Shown: piece after piece, positions 51,401-63,905 of the stretch | Layout: each line of letters begins with the position of its first letter | Numbering within the stretch: position 1 is the first letter of the stretch | DNA from: Emiliania huxleyi CCMP1516 | Lineage: Eukaryota | Direction of reading: 5' to 3' | DNA: 64,000 bases | NCBI RefSeq assembly: GCF_000372725.1 | Contig: NW_005201792.1 | Span: 933,440-997,439 of the forward strand | Made by a program: the position numbers and the translations under genes | The notes under the pieces: generated by a model | Seen by the model: the letters and a program-made list of their open reading frames with translations, nothing else | Databases searched by the model: none | What the model was told of the DNA's origin: nothing

Positions 51401-51632
51401 CGACGCAGAGCTCGCCTACTACGCCTCCTCGGCGCCCAACGGCTACGTGCGCGGCGACGCGGCGGGCAAGACGGGCGGCCGCGTGTACAACCCATACCAG
51501 CAGCACAGCGCGACCTTTGAGCTCGACCCGTGCCGCTGTGGGCCACCGCCGACCGCGCCGAGCCTCGACCAGCGGCCCGCACCCGCCGTCATCCGGCTCA
51601 AGGAGCGGTCCACGCTGCCGCTGCGTGAGTGA
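48481..51632 (+). CDS. TPR plus J-domain protein (DNAJC7-like), multi-exon
   Basis: TPRs (LLSNLAAC..FKARVRAA; LKGEGNEAY; LRGNRAQA). J-domain LYGELGL..EVKAAFR|LALELHPDK..RAYNVLAD. Confidence 0.8.
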
Positions 51633-51872
51633 GCCTACGCCAGGGCACGCCAGCTACTCTCCCGGAAATCTCATCCACATATGTGTGTGATCTTCTCAGT
51701 ACTCTCTCTAGAGCGCCGTTTGCATTTCACATCAGTATCCAGGGTTCGTGAGTGAATTTTCACACTTTCACTTTCACATGTGAATTCATGTGAATTTCAC
51801 ATGAAACGTTTCGGCCGCCCCCGTTTCACTGAAAATTTCACAAGTTCGACTAATTTCGAAGGCTCTGGCATC

Positions 51873-52080
51873 GTTAGGGTTAGGGTTAGGGTTAGGGTTA
51901 GGGCCAGAGAGCGTTCAAGCCGTTGTGCAGCTCCTAAGAGAATGGTCCGGTTTGGGCCGAAACCAAATGGCGGAATCAGCGGTCCGTCAACACGAGCTCT
52001 CGGTGAACGCTTTGGGTTCTTCGGGCTAGGGTTAGGGTTAGGGTTAGGGTTAGGGTTAGGGTTAGGGTTAGGGTAAGGGG
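51873..52080 (+). repeat. Two (TTAGGG)n tracts inside the hAT element
   Basis: Tracts at 51873-51903 and about 52026-52080. Confidence 0.95.
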
Positions 52081-52170
52081 TTGGTTGTCGTCGCGCGCTC
52101 TCGATATCTGGCTAAGACAGAGACACAGCAGCAGAGGCGACCCAAGCGACACATCAGAGCATGGATGCTT

Positions 52171-53159
52171 GGGGGCGCGAGCCGCCATCTTGGACTGTAA
52201 GGCGAGTATTTGCAACCGGGAGCTCGCCGCCGCACCTACACCGCCGCCGCCGCCCTCCCGGTGGCAAATAATAGCCCAAGTCTCGAAGAGTGCGCCCCAC
52301 CTTCGGTATCTGGGCGGCAGGCGGGACTAGAGAGGCACGCTGGTGCACGGATGGGGGCGCGAGCCGCCATCTTGGACTGTGAGGCGAGTATTTGCAACCG
52401 GGAGCTCGCCGCCGCACCTACACCGCCGCCGCCGCCCTCCCGGTGGCAAATAATAGCCCAAGTCGAAGAGTGCGCCCCGCCCTCGGTATCTGGGCGGCAG
52501 GCGGGACTAGAGAGACACGCTGGTGCACGGATGGGGGCGCGAGCCGCCATCTTGGACTGTGAGGCGAGTATTTGCAACCGGGAGCTCGCCGCCGCACCTA
52601 CACCGCCGCCGCCGCCCTCCCGGTGGCAAATAATAGCCCAAGTCTCGAAGAGTGCGCCCCGTCCATCTGGGCGGCAGGCGGGGCTAGAGTGGCACGCTGG
52701 TGCGCGGATGGGGGCGCGAGCCGCCATCTTGGACTGTGAGGCGAGTATTTGCAACCGGGAGCTCGCCGCCGCACCTACACCGCCGCCGCCGCCCTCCCGG
52801 TGGCAAATAATAGCCCAAGTCGAAGAGTGCGCCCCACCCTCGGTATCTGGGCGGCAGGCGGGGCTAGAGTGGCACGCTGGTGCGCGGATGGGGGCGCGAG
52901 CCGCCATCTTGGACTGTGAGGCGAGTATTTGCAACCGGGAGCTCGCCGCCGCACCTACACCGCCGCCGCCGCCCTCCCGGTGGCAAATAATAGCCCAAGT
53001 CGAAGAGTGCGCCCCACCCTCGGTATCTGGGCGGCAGGCGGGGCTAGAGTGGCACGCTGGTGCGCGGATGGGGGCGCGAGCCGCCATCTTGGACTGTGAG
53101 GCGAGTATTTGCAACCGGGAGCTCGCCGCCGCACCTACACCGCCGCGGCCGCCCTCCCG
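52171..53159. repeat. Tandem array of about 180-bp units, about 5.5 copies
   Basis: Units start at about 52171, 52353, 52533, 52710, 52890 and 53070 and are near-identical. Confidence 0.95.
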
Positions 53160-54209
53160 ATGCGTCGAGAGTCGACTCTCGACTGCTGAGAGAGTTCATC
53201 CCACCATCAGCACCGTATTCGCCCACAGCATGCCATGAGATTCATATAGGTCTAGTGTACACATCAGCTCAGCGAGACCAATATCTCCAGCCTCCTTCAT
53301 CTTGGCTGCTGCTTGGGAGCCAACACCTGTGCAAGTGAGTGTCAGAGTGTCCGGGAACTCGGTGGGAGCATCCGTCATCATTCGCGTTCACACGACTCTT
53401 CACACTCGCTCGAAAAAGTGAAATTTCGTTTCACATGAAATGTGAAGTGAAAGTGAAAGTGAAACCGATTCGCTGTTTCCATGTGAAATCACGAACCCTG
53501 TCAGTATCACGTTTATCTGTTCCCTGACTGAGACGTCGTGACTCGCATGTGCGAGCAGAGAGGCTCTCTGAGAGTCTCATTGAGAGGAGTCTCGTGCTCG
53601 CAGCGCGTCCTGGACTCGAGGTCCTGGACGGTCCACACACAGACACACCAGTCACCCACGGACGCGCACCGCAGTGACCACACTCGAAAATGTCGGAGTC
53701 CACCATTGAGTCCACACCGAGACACCGAGCGGGTGTGGTGCGGTATGTCGGTTGTCGCGAGCCGCTCTCCGAGAGAGGAGGGGCGCCGAGAGGGTCGGCG
53801 GCCAGGCATGTGCGCCGCGCGCACGCTCTCGATCGATCGGATCGTCGATAGCGAGGTGAAAATGTGGGACACATTAATGTGAAAAAACGACGATTTAGCG
53901 GTTAGATAGGATGTGACTCTCTCCAGACAGAAAAAGACACAACTCAGCTCTCAGGCACTTTTGCTGTGATTTCTATTCTGTAAATAACGAGACAATTCTG
54001 CCGCGACCGCCCATACATGACTCTCAAGCTCGCAAAGCTGCGGACTCTCAGCTGACCGCAGCCATCGGTACTCTATACTCTCACGGCGCGCTTGTCGCAT
54101 GCTTGGACGACCGGGACCGCCCTCGTAGACCACTCTCACTAGCAAACCTCGCGAGAATCCGCGCCCCCCTGCGGGTGCGGGCTGCGGAGACTGAGGCAAA
54201 CGGAGGCGG

Positions 54210-55987
54210 CTAGTCCGCCTTGAGGTTCTCCACCACCGCCGAGGCGGCCGCCATGTAGGCCTGGGTGCGCGAGTACTTGCGCCTGTCGGAGCGCAGCTGC
54301 AGCTCGTCCCTCCCCGTGCGCCAGAGGCCGACCATCATCAGCTTGACCGCGCCGGCGAAGGAGAGCTCGCGATAGGGAAGCCCGAGCTTCTCCGCGCTCG
54401 CCTACGCAGCACAACCACCGGGCCTCAGTACAACCACCGGGCCTCAGTCGCCCGTTCGGCGCAGCGGCGCGGCGCTCGCTGCGCGCGCCTTGCAGTCGGC
54501 GCGGATCTGGCGCAGGTTCTCCATCGGCATCTGCGGCGCCATGTGGTGCTCGATCTGGATGTTGAGGAAGCCGGAGACGTAGCCGCAAAAGGCGGAGGAG
54601 CCTCCCCAGTCGACGGTGCCGATCATGGACGACTCGAGCCAGGTGGCGGTGGAGGGGACTCGCTCGACCGCGAAGTGGGACAGGCCGAAGAAGAAGCCGA
54701 GGTAGATGCCTGAAGGTGAGGGAGGATGACAGGCCTGCTTGTTTNNNNNNNNNNNNNNNNNNNNNNNNNNNNNNNNNNNNNNNNNNNNNNNNNNNNNNNN
54801 NNNNNNNNNNNNNNNNNNNNNNNNNNNNNNNNNNNNNNNNNNNNGGTGGAGGGTAGTCGCAGCAGGGCTCTGGATGGCAGATCGGGGAGGAGGGGGGGGG
54901 GCAGAGGGCCGGGGAGGGGAGGGGCAGAGGGGCGCGGCTCGCCAGAGCTTCTTGACGACGGCATACTTGCGGATCGTGAAGGCAAAGACAAAGACGTATG
55001 CTCCGAGGGCGGGGAGGAAGGTGAAGGCCTGCGGCGTGCTGAGCCCGTCAAGAGAGGCTGGGATGCAGGGAGGGCTCCTCGAGGGGCGGGGCGAGGCCTG
55101 CGTCTTGAGCGACCAGTCTGGAACCTTCTTGGCGAGCGTCGGGTCCCAGGCGAAGAAGGGAGTCGTCCGCAGGTCGCCGTCCTCGCCGAGCACCTGAGAA
55201 AAGAGGAGGGCCGACCGTCGCTGAGGCGCGAAGGGAGTGTGGCGCGCGCGGCGGGCGGGCGAGGAGGGGTGCGGCGGCGGCGGCGGGGGCGGCGGCGGCG
55301 GCGGCGGGTGCGGGTGCGGGTGCGGGTGCGGGCGCGCGTTAGTCTTTGCGTGATGCTTGTTGTGGCGGTTGCGCCACCACGAGGCGGACCCGCCCTTGAG
55401 GAGGCCCTCGAAGAAGTGCTGCAGGAGGAAGGAGTACCGCACCCCCCACTCGCGGTGCCCGCCCATGTGCTGCAGGAAGCCGCACTGCGCCCAGCAGCTG
55501 CCGAGCCCGATCCCGCTCAGCACCGGCGCGTGCGGCGCGCAGGCGATGCACGCGACGATGGCAGCGACGACGGCGAGACCGTAGATGCCCGAGGCGACGG
55601 GGCGCGGCTTAAAGAGGCCGCGCTCGCGCCACGACGTCATCAGCCGCGTCATCTCGGCAACGTGCTCCTGCGGCTGCTGCGGCACGTCGGCGGGGTCGAC
55701 CTCCTTGGTCGGCAGCGCCTTGAGCATCTTCCACGCGCCCTTGTGGTGGCCGTGGAACTGCTCGAACGCGCTCGTCGAGTCCATGCCATAGAAGAGCTGC
55801 GCAGCAGGGCGGAGGGGACTCGGGGATGCAGCGGGGCCAGCGGAAGCCGCTGGGTGCGTGCACTCGGGAGGAGACGAACCTCGATGATGTTCCCACCCGG
55901 GTGGCGGAACTTTGACACATCGACGTGCCGCCCGTGGATCGTGGTCCACTTGGGCCGTTCAGCCTCGCTCGCGCCGGCGCCTCCCAT
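54210..55987 (-). CDS. Front-end fatty-acid desaturase with cytochrome b5 domain, probably delta-4 (DHA synthesis); one exon lies in a gap
   Basis: HPGG and His boxes HMGGH, HNKHH, QIEHH. The N-terminus MGGAGASEAERPKW matches my recollection of the E. huxleyi delta-4 desaturase (not verified). Confidence 0.88.
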
Positions 55988-56235
55988 GAGAAGTCCACCG
56001 AGAAGTCGCCGAAGTGCAGATGCGGGCCCAGCTGGCAGATGCGTGTGGTGGGGGGTGGGAGGGGGTGCCCTTCCCCGCGCACCGCGCGCAGCTTGCCGAC
56101 CGCAAGGCAGAGGTAGTGCGCGCTCTTAGGGGGCTGCGTGTCCTTTGGAGCGCTTGTTGGCGCGTTCAAACCTTTCGTTTCTGCTCGCGTACTTTCACTC
56201 TCTCTCGTTCGTGCGAATGTATGTGGGAATGTGTG

Positions 56236-59200
56236 AGAGAGATTTTTAGCAATACCAAACAAATCTAACACTCACACGTCATTTGGGGCCTGGAGCCCTG
56301 TTCACGCGCGCGCGAGACGTGCAGACAGGGTTGCTTGTTGTTTGTGTTTTGGAATGTGTGAACGTGTGTCGTCGTGCGCGGAGAGAAGTGTTGACAGAGA
56401 ACTCTGCTGTGTCCTGCATATACTGTTACTACTCGCAACACAAACCACGGTCTCCCCAGCTCCGCACAACCTCGGTCCATTGCTGCCCGTTGGCGTTCGT
56501 TGCTGCCTGCGAGTCGTTCGAGGGTTCTCGACCCAAGGCCGTGTACGACGGCTGTCTCTGACAGCAGTAAAACCTTTCGTTTCTGCTCGCGAGGCGATGG
56601 CGACGCCGCGAGGCTCGCCTCCGACGGAGACAGGGCGCTGACACACCTCGACGACACGTCCATGACGCGTGGCACATGCCCTCAGGTTACCTCTCACTCC
56701 CTGTGTGGTGGCGGCGTGCCGTCCTCCCATCCCCGTCCCTTGGGCCTTGGCTTCGCTGTTTTCTTTCTTTTCTTTCCTTCCTTCTCCTCATTTGGCGGTC
56801 GGTGTTATAAATTATTTAGAAGCGACGGAAGGCGCCCTATGAGCGTGCGAACGTAAGGTCGCGTGCGTCTCGGTTCCACCGTTCACCGTTGTGAACAAAC
56901 GCCTTGTCAAGGCCGAGGGCGCCTTGCGGCTGCCTTCCGCCGACGGCGGTGACCTGGACTTCTCCGCCGCCGATTGGGACCCACTCAGCCTCGAGTGCCC
57001 CGACTACAACGACCCCAACTACGCCAAGTCCGCCTGCGGGGTCATCCAGGGACGTGCGCTGTCCACCATCCTCAGCGTCTGCTTCCTCCACGAGATCTGC
57101 CACGCCGTTCAGCAAGACATCTACTCGCCCGAGGGCGACCTCTCGTGCGCGCCGGGCTGGCTCCGGGGGCTCGCCGGCGCACCGCGACAAGGAGGGCAAA
57201 CCCACGGGGCGAGTGGACTGCTTCAAGGCCGTCGGCACCTTCTTTGGCGACCCTGAAGCCTGCAAAAAGGAGCTCACCGCGCACCTCAGGAAGAAGCTCG
57301 CGCCGCTCGACGTCATCGACACGATCGTCGACACCGACTGCGTCACGAACACCTCGCAGCTCCGCCTCAACCTCGTCCAACGGATTGCCTGCGCAAAGAC
57401 CAAGTACATTGCCGGCATCGTCACGCCGCCCAATGTCGCGTGCGAGGCTCTCGAGTTTGCGCACAACCGCATCCGCAAGTCCTTTAAGAGCATTGCTCGC
57501 GCCGACGCCTCGCCCCAGGCGCTCCGCGACCTCGCGTGGCTCCAGGCGCAGCTGCCGACCGAGATGGGCGGGTGCAATATCGACACCGTCTTCACGCGAG
57601 CCGACAGCGACTTCTCCATGTCGCTCCTCAAGAACTGGCGCACCCTCGTCGCCCACAACCCCGACTTCGCCCTCGACGAGGGAGGTGCGTCCAAGTACCC
57701 CGCCATCGCCGCAGCTATCGCCACCTACGAGTCCGCCCTCTCGGACTGGAAGGAGGTGTGCGAGAAGCGCACCGCGCGCGACAAAACCAAGTACTACACC
57801 GTCCGCGGCGGCTACCTGACTGAATTTTACCCCAAGAGCGTCCCGCTCCCCGAGCCCGAGTCCCTTCCAGCTACCGACGCGATTCTCAATGGCACTTGCA
57901 AATCCACGTACCCGCGGCCGCGGGCGCTCGCTGCCATCAAGAATCTCACAAGGACTGGTTCGCGCACCAGGAGCTCGTCAAGGCGCGGGATGAGCACGTC
58001 AAGAACAACCCGTCCCTTGGAGACAGCGCCGTCAACAACCGCGAAGCCTCGCCTCATCTCCGCCTCAACGCCTTTCGCCGGCAAGGCCTTCGATGTCCGT
58101 GTCGACGGCACATACGCCACCGCCCTCTCCTCCGACGCCCTCCAAGACGAGCTCCAGCGAAAGCTCGGTCTTTGGCTCTCCGTGGCGCTTCCCACCCTTC
58201 GGGTCGCGCTCGAGCGGGGCATGCCAGTCGATTTCTTCGGCGAGTACCTTTACAACAAGGCCCACCACCGGCGGCCCCACGACGGCGTCCTCGCCGCCTG
58301 GGCGGGGACGCGATGCGCGCCCCGGCCAACGCGCCGGTCGTGCACGGTGACAAGGAGAAACCAGAGCTCACCCGGCAGTGCAACGAGGGGTACAAGGTCG
58401 ACCTCGCAGAACCCCACGCTGGGCCGGGAGGATGCGATGAAGTAAACGAAATCAAGCTCTGGACGCCCCTCCTCAAGACCTCCTCGACGGGCATTGGCAA
58501 CGCCTCGAGTGGCGGCACGCCCGCCTCCGTTGGCCACTCCTACGCCTTCGGCAACACCGAGGAGAAGGCCCGCCGCCTAAACATGGGCTGCAAGGCGCGC
58601 GGGCAGCCCGGCCAACCCTTCGACCACAAGAACGGCCACGGCTACGTCAAGGCGCATCGCGGTTTCTACCACGACGCGATCTTTGTCAAGCGCAACAACT
58701 TCAACCTGCTGCTCCACGAGACGTTCGGCGGCGGCTTCTCGCCCACCGCCGTTCTCAAGCTGCGCCGCCTCGCGCGCAAAGTCGCGCGCGGAAGCGTCGA
58801 CCGCACGGCCCCACGGCCTACTCGCCCAAGTACTCGCTCTCTTTTAGCCCCCCGCTACCCGGTTGCACTCGTGCGACGTAGCGGGGGGCCACGACTACGT
58901 TTACGAAACATAAGTAGTCCCGCGAGGTGTGAATTTGGCCGCCCAGTTACCCCCATTTCCAGCCGCGGTGACGCTTTTTCGTGGCAAAACTCGTCACAAG
59001 CTTTGGCGCCAAAGCAGATCCGTGTGTCGTGAGACTAATGCTTTTTGTGTGGCAGATCCAGCTGGCAGCCATGGCACCCGCCGTGTCGCGCCACGCGCGT
59101 GTATGTGTGTCTGGACTTGTCACTTGTGAGCCTCTATGATTAGTAGACCGTCTGCGCAGCGCTCTCTCGGTTCGGGTAGCGGGGGGCCCCGCCGGAGGCT

Positions 59201-59856
59201 GGTTACTGATATGTCCCACCATGCAGAGCGCATCTCTCTCTCTGTTGTGCGAGGCGTGAATCGCGCCATTCGCTCTCACCTGGCAACCCTGTCTGCACGT
59301 CTCGCGCGCGCGTGAACAGGGCAACGTACTTTAAACTCCGGTGAAGTTATGTTTTCCAACAACCTCTAAATGCCACAGGGCCTGGTCCTATCGTCAAACG
59401 GCCCTGCTCCTCCTCTTGTCTGGCAGCAAACGCAAGCTGCGGCACAAGCCGCGTTGGCGCAGAGGAGGCGGCAAGCCTCAACGCGCCTACCCGTGGCATG
59501 CCGCCGGATCGGGCCAAGACTAAGGCTGCAGGATTCGGCCCCGGCTGCTGCGAGGGCCCTCCCGTTGAGGTGTCCATCTTATGTGCAGTCGGGCTACAAC
59601 TGAGAACTGTAGCGCGTCGGCAGGATCCCCAAAACAGAGTCGTCCACACACCCCAAAATTGAATTCGACCGCCCAAATCTGCCCCCCCCCCCCCCCCCCC
59701 GCAAACTTTAAACCACCATAATGCGCATAAACACTTCAGTCTGTGCCAGACATGACTTGACAGTCTGCAGGCAGCAGGGGCTCCAGCGTCCAGGCCCCAA
59801 ATGACGTGTGTGTGGTGTGAGTGTTAGAGTTGTTTGGTATTGCTAAAAATCTCTCT
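56236..59856. mobile_element. Long-TIR foldback element enclosing a LINE fragment
   Basis: 56236-56295 is inverted at about 59790-59856 and 56295-56334 is inverted at 59283-59321, i.e. a TIR of about 100 bp whose right copy is split by about 455 bp. No TSD seen. Confidence 0.65.
56891..58830 (+). pseudogene. CRE-like non-LTR retrotransposon relic (RT remnant, thumb, REL endonuclease region)
   Basis: GVIQGRALS (RT QG motif) with no YxDD after it; KAVGTFFG; QAQLPTEMGG; RPHDGV; EIK; LLHETFGGGFS. Several frameshifts. Confidence 0.75.
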
Positions 59857-59999
59857 AAAAATCTCGGCGGAGAAACAAAAGTGTGCCCAAACCGCCAAGG
59901 AAACAAAGATAAGACTCAACGGGCACAAAGAAGTCAGGCGAGGCGGAGGAACCGAGCTGGGCGGCCCCGCCGGCCCCGCGCTCATGGTTGTCACATGGC

Positions 60000-61636
60000 T
60001 CATGCGAGCTCGGCCGAGTCGGTGGACGCGCTCGAGCCGAGTCCGTCGTCGGGCGGGTCGTGCTGTGGCCGCTTTTGTCCTCGGCGCGCGACCCCGTCGT
60101 CGAAGTAGGCGAGCGAGAGTAGCTGCGGCGCCTGCGGCCGACCAGCCGCTCGCAGCGTCGGGGCGGGGCGAGGGGCGGGGCGGGGTCCGCGGTCTGCCTC
60201 TGAGATAGTATTGGGCCATCGGCCATCCGATCATGGATGGAGGATATACGATACTGCTATGGAGGTAAACTGCTCCAGTCATTTGATTATCGTCGCCCTC
60301 CATTTGATTATGGCGCCGTGCCCGTCGTCCCATCCCTCCCCTAGNNNNNNNNNNNNNNNNNNNNNNNNNNNNNNNNNNNNNNNNNNNNNNNNNNNNNNNN
60401 NNNNNNNNNNNNNNNNNNNNNNNNNNNNNNNNNNNNNNNNNNNNNNNNNNNNNNNNNNNNNNNNNNNNNNNNNNNNNNNNNNNNNNNNNNNNNNNNNNNN
60501 NNNNNNNNNNNNNNNNNNNNNNNNNNNNNNNNNNNNNNNNNNNNNNNNNNNNNNNNNNNNNNNNNNNNNNNNNNNNNNNNNNNNNNNNNNNNNNNNNNNN
60601 NNNNNNNNNNNNNNNNNNNNNNNNNNNNNNNNNNNNNNNNNNNNNNNNNNNNNNNNNNNNNNNNNNNNNNNNNNNNNNNNNNNNNNNNNNNNNNNNNNNN
60701 NNNNNNNNNNNNNNNNNNNNNNNNNNNNNNNNNNNNNNNTCGAGAAGAACGAAACCGCAAGGGGAGGGAGGGGAGGGAGGGGAGGGAGGGGAGGGAGGGG
60801 AGGGGAGGGAGGGAGAGAGGGAGGGGAGGGAGGGGAGGGGAGGGAGGGAGGGAGGCGCGGCGGCGGTCCGCCCACACCTCCGGCGCGCGGAAGCCCTTTG
60901 TCCCCTCCCTCGGCGCAACCATCGAGCGAGGGTGCTCCGACGTGCTGTGAGGGGCGCGCAGCGGCTCCAGCCGCCTCCGCTGCAGCGGCGGCCGCCTGCC
61001 CGCCGTCGCGCCGCCCTCCGGCTCCGCTGCGCGGCCGGGCTGCTGCTGAGAGTGTGTCGGCGGTGCGCCCGGCCGCGGCCGCTGCCCGCGGAAGCGCTGC
61101 ACGAGCCCAAAGTCGACGATGAGTGCGCGCCGCTCGGCAAAGTTGTAGAGCACGTTGGTCGGCTTGATGTCCCGGTGCACGAAGGAGAGGCTGTGGATGT
61201 GGACGAGGCCGCGCAGCAGCCCGCGCATGTAGCTGTTGACGTGCGGCGCCGTGAACTGCCGCTCGGCGAGGGCTGTCGCAAAGTCGCAGTGCTCAAAGAG
61301 CTGCAGGACAAGGTCGACCTGCTCGCCGTCCTTGGCGACGTCCAGCACCTCCACCACGTTCGGGTTCTGCGGCCTCCGCCCGTCGCCCGCCAGCCTGCGT
61401 AGCGCACACAGCTCGTCGCGGGCGCGGGTGCTCTCAAAGACGCTCTCGTGCTGCTTGAGCCGCTTGACGGCGACCGCGCTGCCCGTCGTCGTCGAGCGCG
61501 CACGGTAGACCACAGCGAAGGTCCCCTCCCCGATCACCTCGCCCAGTGCATACGTGCCGTTCAAGCCGCACACGACCTCTCCGCCTGGCGCCGCGGTGGA
61601 CGCCGTCGCCGGAGCGGGGGTGCGCCGTGCGCCCAT
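60000..61636 (-). CDS. CDC7: CDC7-like Ser/Thr kinase; middle exons presumed in the gap
   Basis: IGEGTFAVVY, AVKRL, HRDIKPTNVL, VDFGL followed by an insert, then GTKGFRAPE. Last exon APQLLSLAYFD..AELA* ends at 60000. Confidence 0.8.
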
Positions 61637-61816
61637 GTCGCGCCTTTGCAAATGGCGGCAAATGTGCAGCGGCAAAAGAATTAAACCCGCGCTCTCTCAC
61701 AGCAGACAGGCTCCCTCCCTTGGGTTGTCTGTTTTCTTTCTTTCTTTTTAGACAGGCTCGACACAGGTGCGAACTGGCGCGTGCTAGTACTATCACCGGC
61801 ACACCACCGGAGCCGC

Positions 61817-62100
61817 CTAAGCGACTCCGTTAAGAGCGGCAATGCACTTAGCACCGTGCACAATGCCGCTGTCCCCGCACGCTAGCTCGTTCACCGTCTG
61901 CCACGCCACGGCGGTGTGGAGAACGACAGACAAGCGCTGCATCTGCAGCCCGTGCCAGTTCTTGGTGGTCCATGTGACCTCATCGAGGTGCTGAGCGTGC
62001 GAAAGTTTGTTACTCAGCTGGTCCGCCGCCTGCCGAAGAATTTTGCGGACGCCGTCCCCGAAGCCGCCGAACGTCTCGAAGTCGAGCAAACGCAGGTCGC
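61817..62100 (-). pseudogene. 3' fragment of a CRE-like retroelement ORF
   Basis: FETFGGFG..LRQAA..W..QRLSVVLH, the same module as 58710-58800. Confidence 0.6.
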
Positions 62101-62666
62101 AATTCTTCTCCCGCGCGAACCGGTAGTCGCCCTTCTCGGCAAAAGAAACTCCTCGCGGACTGCCTCGGGTTCATGTATCCCTGGGACCCTGTCGTGTGGG
62201 TGAACCCTGCCCAGCCCCCCTCCGTGTCGCGATGCGCTCCCCGCTCCCGTTCCCCTGTGTCCCTGATCGTCCTTACAAGATCCTGCTCGCGCAGGTGGGG
62301 ACCCTGTCCTTTCTCCCACCCCTTGTTTGGTGTGTCCGTTTTATTTATTTATGTAACGCTGACTCCCGAAAATAAAGAAGACAGCCCAGGGGAGGGATGG
62401 GATGACGGCACGCCGCCATAAACAAATAAATAGAGAGCAGTTCATCTCCATGCATGATGGGCGACGCACGAACACAGTCACAGAGGCACAGCGCGCACGC
62501 CGTTTCTGTGTATTTCCTCGTTTGGTCTGGGGACTGTGTTAGTCACAAATAAGGGAAAGGGGCAAAAGAAATTATGCGTTCTGGGCTGTGAGCTGTGAGG
62601 GTCCGCCCGCAGGCCGGCATCTCGCGTTTCCCGTGCAGATTGAGCGGTCGCGGCAGCCCGACCCGC

Positions 62667-63905
62667 TCACTCCAGCTCGTACTGGGCAGCCAGCGCGTCG
62701 GCCTCAACAAACCGCGCGGCCTTGCGCTCCCGCCTCCCCGCCTCCCGTAGCAGATCGATGAGGTTGCGGGCCGAGCCGCGCGTCTCCTTGTGCTCCTCCC
62801 CGTACCGCGCCGCGCACCCCTCCAGCTCCTCACGGAAGAGAGGGATGGCCTCGCCGAGCTTCCCCTGCTCCTGCAGCAGCGACGCGAGGCCGTAGATGAA
62901 GCTCAGCGTGCTCGGGTGCCCGTCACCGAGCGTATCGCGGAACCCCGCCACCACCTCACGAAGAAGCGGCTCCGCGCCGTCCAGGTCGCCCTTTGCATAC
63001 AGCAGCGCGCTCAGGTTGTTGATCGAGGTGAGCGTCTTCGGGTCCCGGTCGCCGAGCGTCTCCCGGCACCCTTGCAATGCCTCGCCGAGCAGCGCCTCGG
63101 CGCGAGTCAGGTCGCCCTTGTCCTGCAGGAGCTGGCCGGTCCAAGCGACCGAGGCGAGCGTGCTCGGGTGCCGGTCTCCAAAGACCTCTCGCTTTCCCGC
63201 CAGCGCCTCGAGAAGCAGCGCCTCTGCGCCATCCAAGTCACCCTTGTCCTTCAGGAGCCCTCCAAGGCAAGCGATCGAGGTGAGCGTGTACGGGTGCCGG
63301 TCGCCGAGCGTCTGACGGCACCCTTCGAGCGCCTTACGAAGCAGCGGCTCAGCGCCATCCAGGTCGCCCTCATTTATCAGCAGCATGGCAGCGGCACGCT
63401 GAGAGTGTGCCTCGGCGGCGCCAACTGAAGCCTCCGCTGCAGCGGATGCCTCATCCGGCGCGATGGCCTCGGCGATGCCGTCCATGGAGCAGGAGGAGCC
63501 AAGACACTCGGCGTGGCTATGATCGTGCGCCTCGCTCCTGCTGTGGCTGTGATCGTGCGCCTCGCTGTGGCTGTGATCGTGCTCGGCCTTGCACGTTGAT
63601 CGTGCAGCCAATACGGCATGGCCAAAGAAGACATCAGGCTGTGCGCATGACGTATTCTCGGCGTAGCTGTGACACTCATGAGAATGCCCTTGATCGAGAT
63701 GAGACTCAACATGGCTGTGATTGTGCGCCTTGCCTTCGTGGCTGTTCTGGCATGGCTCGTCGCCGTCAATGGCAGCGTCTGCTCTCGTATTGGCTGTACT
63801 TGGTGGGTGAGCCGTATCAGAGGTGGCGTCCTCTCCCGCAGGACTATCTGCCGCCTTTCTCGCTGGCGGTGCCGGTACGTCGGCCTTGGAAGCCCCACAG
63901 CCCAT
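62667..63905 (-). CDS. Kinesin-light-chain-like 42-aa TPR protein with an N-terminal acylation motif and a His-rich segment
   Basis: MGCGASK; four to five repeats GDLDGAE.LLR.AL.G.RETLGDRHP.TL.SI; HDHSH repeats. Confidence 0.85.
   Translation of the reverse strand: MGCGASKADVPAPPARKAADSPAGEDATSDTAHPPSTANTRADAAIDGDEPCQNSHEGKAHNHSHVESHLDQGHSHECHSYAENTSCAQPDVFFGHAVLAARSTCKAEHDHSHSEAHDHSHSRSEAHDHSHAECLGSSCSMDGIAEAIAPDEASAAAEASVGAAEAHSQRAAAMLLINEGDLDGAEPLLRKALEGCRQTLGDRHPYTLTSIACLGGLLKDKGDLDGAEALLLEALAGKREVFGDRHPSTLASVAWTGQLLQDKGDLTRAEALLGEALQGCRETLGDRDPKTLTSINNLSALLYAKGDLDGAEPLLREVVAGFRDTLGDGHPSTLSFIYGLASLLQEQGKLGEAIPLFREELEGCAARYGEEHKETRGSARNLIDLLREAGRRERKAARFVEADALAAQYELE

Larger units (their letters stand above)
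51740..53500. mobile_element. Non-autonomous hAT-type element
   Basis: Perfect 12-bp TIR CAGGGTTCGTGA. 8-bp TSD TCAGTATC at 51732-51739 and 53501-53508. Subterminal TTCAC/GTGAA repeats. Confidence 0.9.

Noticed and set aside
52171..53159. CRISPR-like array, or real 292-342 aa ORFs on both strands
   Set aside because: There are no unique spacers; whole units repeat. The ORFs arise because the unit length is a multiple of 3 and GC is high.
60000..60880. Truncated CDC7 pseudogene
   Set aside because: A plausible terminal exon lies beyond the gap, so the missing subdomains are probably within the Ns.
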